From: Felis catus
Lineage: Eukaryota
Assembly: GCF_018350175.1 (NCBI RefSeq)
Contig: NC_058368.1
Location: forward strand, 123,692,001-123,756,000
Direction of reading: 5' to 3'
DNA: 64,000 nucleotides
Part shown: piece by piece, positions 13,601-26,611 of the stretch
Numbering within the stretch: position 1 is the first letter of the stretch
Layout of the letters: every line of letters begins with the position of its first letter
Translations under genes and position numbers: made by a program
The notes under the pieces: model-generated
The model's input: only the letters and a program-made list of their open reading frames with translations
Told to the model about the DNA's origin: nothing
Databases searched by the model: none

Positions 13601-14261
13601 TAAATAAAGCCAGAAAAGAGAAGTGCATCTCTTAAAAACAACAGTTTCTATACTGTATTATCACAAATAGAGCAGCTGTTAGTGAGCTCTCTTGCTCCAC
13701 TATACAGCCCAACTGTTAAAACCAGAAATAGATAAGACCAATTAACTGATGCTCTAATGAAAAGCCACAGTGCTTATTTCTAACCACACTTTCTTAAGTC
13801 ACTGACAAAGACATTTTGCAAAGACCTGAATAGCCCAACCGCCAGACCAGAAAAGCCTTGATAGCAACAGAATGACCATACCCCACTCGTCCCCTTCCCT
13901 GCCCATGGATCATGGGCTGAACCTATACTGACCACAACCCACAATCACGTGTTCCCTGCCTGCTCTCTTGCATGTATGCTCCCAACCTCTCTCTATAACA
14001 CTGTAGGTGTCCATCTTGCTGGCAGAGAGGTCAGTGTTGGCAAACCTAGCCAGGAGCTGTCCAGCCCCCCTGGGGTTCCTGGCACAGAACAATCCGCCCC
14101 AGTAGCACCAGGGCTCACCCACTCATTCCCTGAGTTAGTGGCCAGTGATAGATCATTCAGTAACAAAGCTAGTTGTACACAATCTGAAATTCACCTTGCA
14201 TTACATCCTGAGATAACAAATGTCATGCGAGCTTGTGTTCCCACCATCCAGGGGATATAAG

Positions 14262-14455
14262 GCACTGGTTCACAAAGTGTGGTCCTGAGATTAACCACAG
14301 ACACAGCAGCCTCTGGGAGTGTGTTAGAAACACATCTTCTCAGCCTCCACCTCCACTTCAAGAATTAAACACCTGATGATGAAACCTAGAAATCTGTAGT
14401 TTAACAAGCCCTCCCGGTGATTCTAATAAATTACTAACATTTAAGAGCCATTGGT
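14262..14455. mobile_element. MER5-like DNA transposon relic
   Basis: tggttcacaaagtgtggtcc...aatctgtagtttaacaagccctcccggtgattcta...ttaagagccattg. Confidence 0.72.
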
Positions 14456-15670
14456 CTAAAGATTCTCTTTGAGAGCAACTCCTTAGGATTCTCTGAAGAG
14501 AATCTTCACCTGGGCAGAGTGCTACAGGTCTGAACTACCTGGGCTCTTGAGTAATTTCTTTTCACAGACTTAAAGTAATGCTATTCTCTTTGGCATAAGC
14601 AATGGCAGCTGCATGTCCCACAGTTACAAGTATAGCCCCTTTTCATTTATAGGAAATCCCTAGGTATTAATTTTAAATTTAATATTTAAATTTAAATGAA
14701 AAGAAGTTCTCTGGATATTACAATGAGTAAGTATTCCACTATAGTCCATTTATGTTCTCACTTCTATGTTTAGGATCCAAGGCCACAAATGAAGCCTGGT
14801 AAAAGTCCATCAGTGATATGAGACCACAAGACCGTGCAAACAGGCAGGAAGGGCAGAAGGAGTAGAAGGGAACAGAAGAAAATAAGAGAACAAATGGGGA
14901 AAAAATCAAGACCAAAAGCCAAAATTGTAGAAGAGTACCCTTACCCCTAGATGTAACTGTGACTCATTTATTGTCAACAAAAATGACTCATTTCGGGTGC
15001 TTATGTTCCCTTCTCTCCAACGTTAAGCATTATAATTTTATAATTAAAAGTACAGGGGGCAGGCTGTGTAGAGAAATATATTAAAGGAAATTATACTATA
15101 ATCCTAATATATTACAGACAATGTCTAGACTGAAATGTTTTTGTGTTTTTGGCATCCTGACTTGTAAAATTCAACAAAAGCAATAGGAAAGCCTGAATTC
15201 AACCAAATTATGCTCCACAATAGAATAGCAAAGCAAAGCCACAGTTATGCACCAATGTTACAAAGCTCTGAAACTGCAGCAACACCTAAATTATGCTGGA
15301 AACATTAATGGAAATCACATTTTTCTCAGAACACACAAAAATTTTCTTAAAATTTCATTTCTAGGTTTGATTTTCCTTATTTCAGAGCCCGAAAGCTTAC
15401 CAACAGATCTTCTCATTCAAAATGTGGGTTGCTGAAGAAACTTTAAAGGGTAAAGTGTTAAAAAACCTACATGTACTTAAGTCATCAGAGTATAATGGTA
15501 CATGCTGGCCAATTTAGATACATTAGGAAGAGATACATAATTGGACATGTATAGACTGAAAAATGTAATTACTTTTATGCTATTTAAAATAAATTATATT
15601 ATTTCACATTTTGTCCAAATGGCTTATATAAGAAAGAAAAACCTCCCAATAAGATATATTGTTGTGTTAC

Positions 15671-15885
15671 AGGGGTGCTGGGTGACTCAGTCAATTGAGC
15701 ATCTGGCTTCAGCTCAGGTCATGATATTGTGGTTCGTGGGTTTCGAGCCCTGTGTCAGGCTTTGTGCTGTCAGCTCAGAGCCTGGAGCCTCCTTCAGATT
15801 CTGTGTCTCCCCCTCTCTCTCTGCCCCTCCCCCCACCTTGTGCTCTCTTTCTCAAAAATAAACATTTAAAAAAATTTACAAAAAA
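15671..15885 (+). mobile_element. Can-SINE
   Basis: SINE body; TSD aagatatattgtt / aagacatattgtt. Confidence 0.92.
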
Positions 15886-17163
15886 GACATATTGTTACAA
15901 GAAAATTTTCAGCCAAGATTTATTCCCCTGAACCAGAGAAACAGTACATGTCTGAAGAGTCTGTGTCCTTTAAGAATCATTTATAATGGTATTTTCTGGA
16001 GTTTAGGTAAACCCTTATTACCTGGTGACTTTCTTGAATCCCCTGGCCAAGAGAAAACATTAGAGTTTTTCTATGCAGGAGAGATATTAGAGAGACAAGC
16101 ATGGATAGTCCTCTGTATTTCCCTGGGTCTTCAAACTCTTCACCAAAGGTCGCTTAATCTCCTAGTCATTAAATCTGAGAACTTTCCCTCAGACACTATA
16201 GTGCTTTCAGAGCAGAGAATGAGATTTCCACATCTCACACCCTAAGAGCCCAGGGCTGGTATTGGTAATTTCATTACTCCTCAAAGCCATTTCTGCACCA
16301 TTCTTCCTCTAGCCCTCATAAAAATGCTTGCTTACGTAAATTCAACAATACTACTTTCTACTATCTACTTCTCAATTCCCTACTGCATTAGTCACTTCTC
16401 CCTCCTTCATTCATTAGGACTTTATACCCCTGTATCAGTCCTCCTATGATCACCTCAAAGCTTGCCATTCAATAGCCTCTCTATTCTCTGGCCTCATTAT
16501 CAACAAGGAGGTTCTCTTCCACTGCCATCACTTGTTTAATATAAGTCCTCCATGCTAGACTAAGCTCCAGGAAGATGAGAACCACAGCCTTCTAGTTCAC
16601 TGCTGAATCTCCTGCACACAGCACAGTGTATACTCTTAGTTAAGTAAAGTGTTTTTTCATCCCTACTAAATGTAAAAATTAGGAGCTACTATAAGGCCTG
16701 TGTAGCTTATAAGAGAACCAACAGGGATAATAAAACGTCTGAGAATCATATATGAGAAACAAAGGATGTTTTACCCAGAGAAAAGTCTTTGTTGGATGAT
16801 GAATAACTAACATAAAGTGATAGCTACTTTAAAATTACAAGGTCAACCATATAGAAAAAATAAAGGTGACAATGCTGAGACTTGAGATGGGAAACTGGCT
16901 CTCCTACTAATTAGTGATTTTATTTAATGTTACTGGGCCTCCGTTTCCTCATCTATACATTAAAAGAATTGGACCTTTTGGGTTCCACACATCTATTTCA
17001 TTCATGACTAACAGTGCTCCAGGTATAGAAAGGAGCCCACGAAGGATATTAAAAGAAGGCAACCCTAAGACCAAAAGCTGTCAAGATATAAAGTGTCCTT
17101 ATAAAAATATTCTCGAAAAATACTAAGAGACTGAGCAGAACTTAATACACAACTGGACTTCAT

Positions 17164-17376
17164 CAAAAGTCAGCAAACTATAACCCCTGGAGCAGCCACT
17201 GTTTCTGTTAATAAACTTTTATTGGAATATAACCAAAGCCATTAGTTCAAGGATTGTCTGTGATGGGTTTTTCCTGGTACAACAGTACGGCTGGACAGCT
17301 GTCAAATTAAGCAAATGGCCCACAAAACCTAAAATATTTACTGCCTGGTGCCTTAAGAAAAAGTTTGCTGGTCCTG
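17164..17376. mobile_element. MER58-like hAT-Charlie DNA transposon relic
   Basis: Ends gtcagcaaact ... agtttgctggtcctg form terminal inverted repeats; internal ggcccacaaaacctaaaatatttact is MER58-typical. Confidence 0.78.
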
Positions 17377-17635
17377 AACTATATGACATACCAAGTTCAT
17401 TTTACATTATTATTCATTGGACATGCAAAGACTTGCATTAAAATGCTCTTAAATAGAAGGTAGGGCAAAAATGGGGAAAAAAGAATAAGATAATAGGTCA
17501 AAAAATGGTCTCAATTCACGTCCCAGTAACTACACTAGTTCTCTCTTTAAGCTAGTGGCTAACATCTCCAGTTTCTGGAACCTTATTTCCCAAGAATACA
17601 CAAGATAAAACAAACATTAAGGATTTAACACGCAC

Positions 17636-17916
17636 CTGCCCTCCTTCACTTTTTGTGCATTCCCTCGACATATGTAGTTTTCAATATAACCAGCACTGCA
17701 GTTGATTTTTGACCAATCTGGGTCACAAACATCCAAGAAGTGAGGCCGCAGTCTGCCTATTGAATACTTGGCAATGTCAGTCAGGGACTGACTAGCAGCT
17801 GCACCAAATAAAAATGTTCCAATGGCTTTGTAAATAGTGGCTATGTAGTTATTCCTGATAAAGGAATTCGAGTGCAAGAGGTTATAATAAACAGACAGGG
17901 CTTCTCCAACAATCAT
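17636..17916 (-). CDS. PLPP1: PLPP1 exon 3 (281 nt), [11 protein letters not shown]...[25 protein letters not shown]...KVKEG(R)
   Basis: Matches ORF 17617..17916; acceptor tttttcag at 17917-17918 and donor gtgcgt at 17630-17635; contains PAP2 C1 motif KxxxxxxRP and N-glycosylation sequon NCS. Confidence 0.98.
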
Positions 17917-20900
17917 CTGAAAAACAAACAGAAAAATAGTATGTTAAAGCAGGAACCAGGCACTTTAAGCAAAATAAAAAATAGAAAATGATAAATCACA
18001 ATAAAATCTTTATTTTCAAAACACCACCTTTTTTTTTTTCCATTTGCAAATGGAGAGTCAGTTAGGATAGCTAATTCTAAACCATGAAAAAAGGTGCTAG
18101 ATGAATTGTGGATACTGCTTAAAAAGCAATGGCCAAAACAATTTCAAACTCTACCTGAAACAATACGATCTTACTTTTTTTCTTGTACTCAAATACAGTG
18201 AGTTTTAATACGCAATGATGTATCACAGAGAACAAAAACCATGGTTTGTTAAAAGAAGACAAACTTCCCCAATTAGAATATCCCTTATATAGTACTTTTT
18301 CTGGCAGTCTTCATTTTTATCAAACATTCCTCTGAATCAAACACATCCATCATATTTTAAAAAGTAAAATACTTTCAGGGAGTAAACTAATATAAAAGCA
18401 GAGGTCTAACATGGAGGCCAAAGGGTACAGAGGGCAGAGATCAGCTGACACACAGCCTCCCAGTCCTGCCTCTACAGACTTGTAGGCCTGGCTTTCTTAG
18501 CAAGTCTCATTAACTGATCAAACATACATTTGATGGTCTCCTTCTCCAAGAAAATATTTCAAGTGACTCTTTCCTCTTTATTTTTCACTGACTTTGTTTT
18601 GCACTAAAAGTGGAGACAACAAAGCCCCCCCCCCCCCCCGCCGCTTCCAGTAGAGCGTGTGTCAGCATAGGCCATTGGTAGTGAGTTTAAAGGCATAAAA
18701 AGGCTTCCAAATCCTTGACAAGCTCATAGACCAAAACCCTAAGAAATCCAAAAAATACTGAAAGGCAAAATTATAAAAAAATTTATACTTTCTGATAAAA
18801 TAATCCACGTTCTAGCCACTTGAGACCAAAATAAATAGTTAAATGATAAGAGTCAGCTCGCTGATATTGGGCGAAGTGGGGAGACACAAGTCACAAAGTT
18901 GTGCTTAAGATACAAACTAGTTTCATGGCTTTGTCTTAAATTTTCATTAACAATTTTACAGAAAATTCAAACATTTCCATGTAGTGGAGATAATTTCCAA
19001 TTATCTTCAGGGTCAGCCTTATCATAGGTAAAATAAATGGTTGTCTTCTGAAAGAGATTTCTTCATCTGTCTCCATGGCTCCTAGAATTCCATAATTAGA
19101 ATGTTAGAACTCTAACAACTGTGAATTGTAGACTATGAACTGTACAAAAGCAAGAACGAAGTTTTAGTCATTGAATAGAAAGCCAATACCACCACGGTGG
19201 CCTAAAACAGAGCAGGTGATTAATAAATTTTAATTAAAAGTGTTGCCTCTTGGGTAAAAGGTAAACACCCTTAGTTTCAACATTAAGCCCCACAGAAATA
19301 CATTCCTCATTATAGTGCTTAATGTGAATGACTTAATCAGATCCTTTTCTCAGGAGAGAAAAACCATATGCACTTCTAGGGATACCACACCTCTGCAATT
19401 TTGCTTAGGGTTCTCCCCAAGTGCCTCCAGTAGCCCCGTATTAAAGTATACACTGTCTCCTCTGACTGTTAAGATATTCCAGCAACTGCCTTGATAGATC
19501 AACAGCAAGAAAATACTTCTCTCATGTTTCATTATGGAATTGTTCTTTGATCATTTAAAATATAAACCAAGTTTATTAATCAACCACAATCTGAGCAGCT
19601 GAAATATCCCCACCTCAGCTGTCTGCTGTTCATCCTGCATAAGCACTCAACTGTTTTCCAACTCTTGATCTTTGGGAGTCTTCCTAGGCATGATGATCAT
19701 TTTTTAGGACCACCCAAACCCTGGTCTTGACACTGATGACAGCAAGTCAGCTCACTAGGAGAATTCAGAGTACTGGGCACAGATGACAAACTGATTCACA
19801 GAAGTAGTGTAAGCTGAAACTTAACCCTAAATGGTGGGAAAGGGCAGAGGGACACTAAAGCTGACAAACACTAGGCTAGTGTACATCATTTTTTATTATG
19901 CCCTCTATCTTAACTGAGGGAAATAGACGAGTTCTAAACTGATTTTCCAAATTAAATGTTGGGATGTGTCTGTGCATTTCACTACACATGACAGCCATGT
20001 TTGTTTCATTTTAATATGTTATTCTGCCCTTTGAACCATTTATGCCAATGCTTAGCCTTTTGAAGTCCACACCTAAGCTAACTGTAGTCTTACTTTAGAG
20101 CTGGGATCACTTGTTACACATTATTTATACTCCAAAGATATGATAAATTATTAAAGAAATAAAGATAAGTTTGGGGGACTAAAACCAAATACTCTGAAAG
20201 ATCAAAGCTAATAATTACCTAAATACATGTGATTCAGTCATTTCAAAATAACCTATGCGCCACACTATTTTCTCACCATCGCCTTTAAAAATCCATCAAC
20301 CAAAAGGATTTATACATCTTTACAGTGTCCCTGTATTATGTGTCTTCCACTCAGGGTCCACCTTCCCAAAAGTGTAGTCTAAAATCACTGGTGTACTTCT
20401 ACTCCTTCCTAAATATCTCTAACTACCTTCGTTCCCATTATTCTACTGAATATTTTTCCAAAGTCAAAATGGTCTCATCGGATTGAACGGGTATGAAAAG
20501 TCAAAATGGTCTCATCAGATTGAACAGGTATGAAGTCTGAATCACAGTCCTGATTTTTTTTAAAGAACTGATAGATTTTCTAGTAAATAAAATTAAATGT
20601 TTACACGTTTAACCAAGTGCTGCCTGAAGGAAGTGGAGTTAATGAACAAAGTTAATTTTTTGTTTAATTACTACATAAAACACTGCTCTGTGCAGTGTTT
20701 GTTGATACGGTTGACATGAAAATAGGACTCTGATAGCACCTTTAAACAGTATGTTCTTTTTTTTTTTTTAAAGAAACCTATATTCAATTTATTTGTTTTA
20801 TTAAACATAAAGATAACTTTCTCACAGCTCATGATGAAAGAGTCAAAACTTCCAAATTAATGAAATATAAATAACAAGTCCTTACTAAGTGTTGTGTCAG

Positions 20901-21117
20901 GCACTGCCCTCGATGGGCAGACCATACCCCCACACTTGCTGCCCGCAGTCAGCAACCTTTCCTGATGCAGGCCTTTGGTCTGTAATGGATTTTCTGTAGT
21001 TCTGTTGGTGCAGCATCCCTTTTAGCGAGACACGAAGTCAAGTAGAAATGAAAGACAAATACTTCTGCAGCAGCATTAGAGTACTCCAAGGGACAATCCT
21101 GCATGAACTCGGCTACT

Positions 21118-21445
21118 AAGCTGACCCTTCAAACGGCACAGGTTTGAACTGAGCAGGTCCACTTACACATGGATATTTTTGATAAATACAATACAGTACT
21201 GTAAATGTATTCTCCCTTCTTTAGGATCTTCTTTTTCTTTTTTCTAACATACTTTATTGTAAGAATATGGTATGTAACACATGTAACATACAAAATGTGT
21301 GTTAATTGACTAGGTTATCAGTAGGGCTTCCAGGTAACAGTAGGCTATTATTAGTTAAGTTTGGGGGAGCATCAAAAGCTACATGGATTTATGACTGCAC
21401 TGGGGGTCAGTGCTCCTAATCCCCACCTTGTTAAAGAGTCAACTA
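21118..21445. mobile_element. Tigger2-family (TcMar) non-autonomous DNA transposon
   Basis: Degenerate TIRs agctgacccttcaaac / ttgttaaagagtcaact with TA flanks; internal ggtttgaactgagcaggtccacttacacatggat. Confidence 0.82.
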
Positions 21446-21904
21446 TATTTGCAACTAAGTGTCCTACTAAAAATTTTATATTCAAATAGTATCTCAGGAA
21501 CATATATACTTAAAAATTAAAAAAACTACTCTTACTGCCTCTTTAAAGGGACAATCATAGGCCTGACTTTCTTTTAGTAGTAAGAATTCAGTTTAAGATA
21601 TATCTAGATCAAAGGGATCTGCTGATTTCTTAAAACTTCAGCATACTGCAGGAGAGCCAACCAGTATTACCGTGCAATTACTCTTATTTTATCTGAGCAC
21701 CTGGGACATGCCAGATTCCACCATGCCCAGGTCCATGGCAGGCAGCAACGGTACCCAGAAGAACAGGAACTCACAGTCTCATGAAACAAACTTGTTTATA
21801 ATGAAGGTTTTCTTTTATTAATTATGTACCACAAATTATGAGTTGATTAATTCTCAAGGCTAATAAGGAACTGTGATTATTCTTGAATAAAACATTAAAT
21901 TTCT

Positions 21905-22115
21905 AGGGGCACCTGGGTGGCTCAGTCAGTTAAGCATCTGACTCTTGATTTCAGCTCAGGTCATGATCTCATGGTGTTCGTGAGATTGAACCCTATGTCA
22001 GGCTCTGCGTTGACAGCATGGAGCCTGTTTGAGATTCTCTCTCTCCTTCTCTCTGCCCCTCCACTGCTCACACTCCCTCTGTCTCTCTCTGTCTCAAATT
22101 AAACTTAAAAAAAAA
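21905..22115 (+). mobile_element. Can-SINE
   Basis: SINE body; TSD acattaaatttcta / acattacatttcta. Confidence 0.93.
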
Positions 22116-22399
22116 ACAACACATTACATTTCTAAATTAAGGGTTTTTTTTTTTTTTTCAATAAACTCCAAAACAGACAAGACATATATGTTATCTTGTT
22201 ACCCTATCTCCTGAATGGGACCATATTTTTTCCTTTAAACCATATAAATCTTCTTTCTAAAGTTATAAGTTATGGAGCATAAAACTATTTAATCTAAGTC
22301 ACAGATTCTCTAGGTCAAGACATTATAAAATAATCTAGTCCAATCACTTGAAGTCTACTCCCTGGAGCACATTCTCTAAGCATTCCCACCTGAAATTCT

Positions 22400-22623
22400 T
22401 TTTTTTTAATTTTTTTTTTTCAACGTTTATTTATTTTTGGGACAGAGAGAGACAGAGCATGAACGGGGGAGGGGCAGAGAGAGAGGGAGTCACAGAATCG
22501 GAAACAGGCTCCAGGCTCTGAGCCATCAGCCCAGAGCCTGATGCGGGGCTCGAACTCACGGACTGCGAGATCGTGACCTGGCTGAAGTCGGACGCTTAAC
22601 CGACTGCGCCACCCAGGCGCCCC
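22400..22623 (-). mobile_element. Young SINEC_Fc-type SINE
   Basis: CpG-rich, near-identical to the copies at 31275, 44712, 51594 and 58429; perfect 15-nt TSD cccacctgaaattct. Confidence 0.97.
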
Positions 22624-22756
22624 AACCCACCTGAAATTCTAAAAACAATAGTTGCTATTATGTTTTAGTACCAATAAAACTTCTTGTGTTCACTGCTAAT
22701 CATATATAGAACTTTGGCTTTTCTCTCTAGTTTGTGCCATTATCTAAAAATTCTTT

Positions 22757-22980
22757 AGGGGCACCTGGGTGGCTCAGTCGGTTGGGCATTCAACTTCTGC
22801 TCAGGTCATGATCTCATGGTTTGTGAGTTTGAGCGTCACGTCAGGCTCTATGCTGACAGCTCAGAGCCTGGAATCTGCTTTGGATTCTTTGTCTCCCTCT
22901 CTCTCTGCCCTTTCCCTGCTCACGCTCTGTCTCCCTCTGTCTCAAAAATAAATAAATGTTAAAAAAAAGTTTTCTAAAAA
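22757..22980 (+). mobile_element. Can-SINE
   Basis: SINE body; TSD taaaaattcttta. Confidence 0.93.
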
Positions 22981-23396
22981 ATAAAAATTCTTTAAAGTAA
23001 CATGGGTTAGGATGAAGTCTTAAGATTAGTTACTTGTGATTTTTTAGAACTCAGTAACTAGAAAGTAGGTACATATACATTGATTCCGCAAATTATAAAA
23101 TACCCTAGGGTATAAAGTATGCTAAAAACACACTGCTATAAAATTCATCTATTTCGTGACTACTGCACCAATAGCAAATGAGAGCTCAACACATCACAGG
23201 GACTCCGAAAAAGATTAGCATAAAAGCTACACACTTTCAGTGAGGTTCTTCTAATTATACATTGTTATTCTTTTGGTCCCACTTAAAACAGCTGAGATTT
23301 TCTTGATCAAGCAACACCTTCAATTAAAGGTTCGAAAAAACACACATTGTTTTGGACATTTATGCATTCAATAATTAACAGATTAACACAAAATTA

Positions 23397-23621
<225 letters not shown>

Positions 23622-24683
23622 TCATTAAAATAGAAATATGAAAATTAATGGCAATAATTATCCCAGAGACTGTTTAAAAATGCATTTGCCATGAAAATAA
23701 ATAAGAGCACACGTAAAAAGGAAATGCAGCAATGCATGCAACAGAAGTTAAAAAGATTACAGTTTAGATTAAGAAGGTAGAAAGAACAATGCTTAACCAA
23801 TTTAACGAAGAGTATCTTCTTCCCTTTCTTCTTACCCAAATAAACTAAGCCGCTTTTAGGAGAGACAAAAAAAAAAACAAAAAAAAAAAACACCTCCCTT
23901 CTCATGCTCTTGTTTGCTGTTTAATCACAGGACTTTCAACACTATTCCCAAACCAATTTGTCACACACTTTGCTTCCAAAAGGAAAACAGCATTTTGATA
24001 TTCCCCTTTTTGTCTCTACATTACTACCACATTTAGACAGGACATGGTCATGGCTAAGCTATAGAGTATCTAAAAAATGTGTTATCCACTCTTTTCTATA
24101 CCATCTACAGCAAGTTTAGAGCTGCTATGAAAAGGACCTGAACTTAAACCAAGTTTAAGAAATAACAGACAATGGAGTCAAGTACAAAAACTCCAAAAGA
24201 CTGTTCTCTCTGGTTTCATCACTGTTTTCCCTGAAGATCATGTCTCACACCTCCTAAAATTAAAATGTCTCTTCCCTAAAAGTCAACTTTAAGAATTCAT
24301 TTCTCCTTTACTTCACTGAAGCACACATACTGATTAATATGAAGCATACTGATTAGGAATGCCCTGTAAGAGTGTTAAATTAGCAAAAACCTTCTACATG
24401 AGGTCTGTGTCAAGATTTATCCAAGAGCGGAAGATTCTCTCCCTCAGAGACCCATTCTCCCAGCAGTAATGCCATCACCATCAAGCTATCATACTCACTA
24501 TATATTCAAAAGTTCTTTCCATGAAACTACAAGTCTTGACAACCATTTACAGTTCTCATTAACTCCACTAACGCCCCAAAGGCTGAATGACAACTATAAC
24601 TCTGCCCCTCTGCCTGAGTATCATTACTACAAATATCAAGTATGTTCTATCTAAAAGGGCCAAATGAAAAGAAGCACTTTCCA

Positions 24684-25019
24684 CGGCGCCTGGGTGGCTC
24701 AGTTGGTTAAGCATCCAACTCTTGATTTCAGTTCAGGTCAAGATCTCAGGGTTTCATGAGTTCAAGCCCTGTGTCAGGCTCTGCACTATGTACAGAGCCT
24801 GCTTGGGATTCTCCCTCTCCTCCTCTCACTCCCTGACTTGTGCTCTCTCTCCTGCAAAATAAATAAATAAACTTTAAAAAAGGCGGGGAGGAGGGCCTCT
24901 GGGTGGCTCATTCAGTTAAGCGTCCAACTTCAGTTCAGGTCACGATCTCCTGGCCTGTGGGTTCAAGCCCCATGTTGGGCTCTCGGCTGACAGCTCAGAG
25001 CCTGGAGCCTGCTTCTGAT

Positions 25020-25056
<37 letters not shown>

Positions 25057-25128
25057 GCCCCTCCCCTGCTCACGTTCTGTCTCTCTCTCAAAAATAAGTA
25101 AACATTTAAAAAAATTAACAAAAAAAAA
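24684..25128 (+). mobile_element. Two tandem Can-SINEs
   Basis: Heads at about 24684 and 24892, each with a CT tract and A tail. Confidence 0.92.
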
Positions 25129-26029
25129 CACATTCAGAGTTATTTATCTTCCTGCTTTTCATTTATACCCTGAATACATAAACCAAAGTTTATATCTCTG
25201 TGTTAAGCTATTTGCCAAGAGTGGCCACCCATTAGAAGTCTTTAAGACATTCACAAGGTTCCCAAAGGCATACTTATAGTAAATGCTACAATTACCAAAA
25301 AAAGAAAAAAGAAAAAGAAAGAAAGAAAATTAAACTACAACTGACTTTGCTAACAGACCCTTATACCACCTCTCATATCTGATTTCAGACTATCCTCTGA
25401 TTCACCAACCTGTCTGCATTCAGAGGAATGGGACAAAATGCCCAAGACTTTAATACAGATACCACAGGTGAGCACAAACATTTTATACTTAGCACACACT
25501 GTGGAGGTTAATAAGCAGATCGATGATTTCAGTTATTGCCTGCCCCATATAGTAACAAAACATTCATCCTTCAATAGCCATACTCTTACCCAATGAGCAA
25601 ATTTATTTTGTATTCACAAAGAATCACCAAGTCCACAATTCAAATCTACACATGATAATGGAAATTTTTACTCTCTACATTGCACATTTCTGAATTAGTT
25701 GAATTTTTCAATGATTTCTTTTTTTGTGGTAAGACAAGATATCTAGTATGGAAATTAAATCCACATATAATTAGTGTCCAAAGTGCAGTAGACTTTATGT
25801 CCTTATTCTCAGGAAAAATTCCTCTTAATAAACCCAAATATATTGAAAAATGTTCTTAGCAAGCATATCCACCAAGCTGATTTTTTTCCCTCTGACCACA
25901 AAGATTATGTTGAAAATTATTTTTAGATTTAGAAAAAAGGTTTGTGGTATTTTTTTTTTTTAGTATAGAAGGAAACAAAATCACATACAAGTATAACTAG
26001 TCCATTTTTAAAAACAGGAATACACAAAT

Positions 26030-26500
26030 GGAAAAATATTGAGTGAATCCATTCTCAAAGAATTCTGGTAGGTGCTACCAGGAATACAAAACTGAGTAAG
26101 GCACAATATATACATAACTGTCGCAGAGAATAAACAGAGGGACAAAAAGCTATGAAGCTTGAAAAGAGAAGCTTTGATAATATTCAAAAAAATGGTGGTA
26201 ACCACAATCAGAATCTCAGTAGAAATTGTCTGGTAAAGATAGATTTGGGGATATAAAGGATTTCTGAAGCCACAGGTAAGAGAAACACTGCAGGACAGAC
26301 AGGAAGTGAAAAGAAGTGGAGGGTGAGGCACCTGGCAATGGCAATATTAAAGGAATGAGCACAGGAGGAAGATCCACTGAGGCAAACCTGGAGGGCGGAA
26401 AAAAGGTCAAGAGAGAATAACATCACTGAGGCCAAGTCCAGAGAGAGCATCTCAGGAGGTGGTGAACTGGTCCACAGCAGCCAACACATTTTTAAGAACC
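26030..26500. mobile_element. L2-like fragment
   Basis: Purine-rich tract with gatttgggg...cctggcaatggcaatattaaagg...catcactgaggccaag resembling L2; boundaries approximate. Confidence 0.5.
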
Positions 26501-26575
26501 AGACTTAGTAGAAGTGGTTTTAATAAGGAAAAAAGGGTGGTAACCAAACCACAGAGATTTTAGTAAGGAATGATT

Positions 26576-26579
<4 letters not shown>

Positions 26580-26608
<29 letters not shown>
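26580..26608. repeat. (CA)n microsatellite
   Basis: Direct reading. Confidence 0.95.
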
Positions 26609-26611
<3 letters not shown>

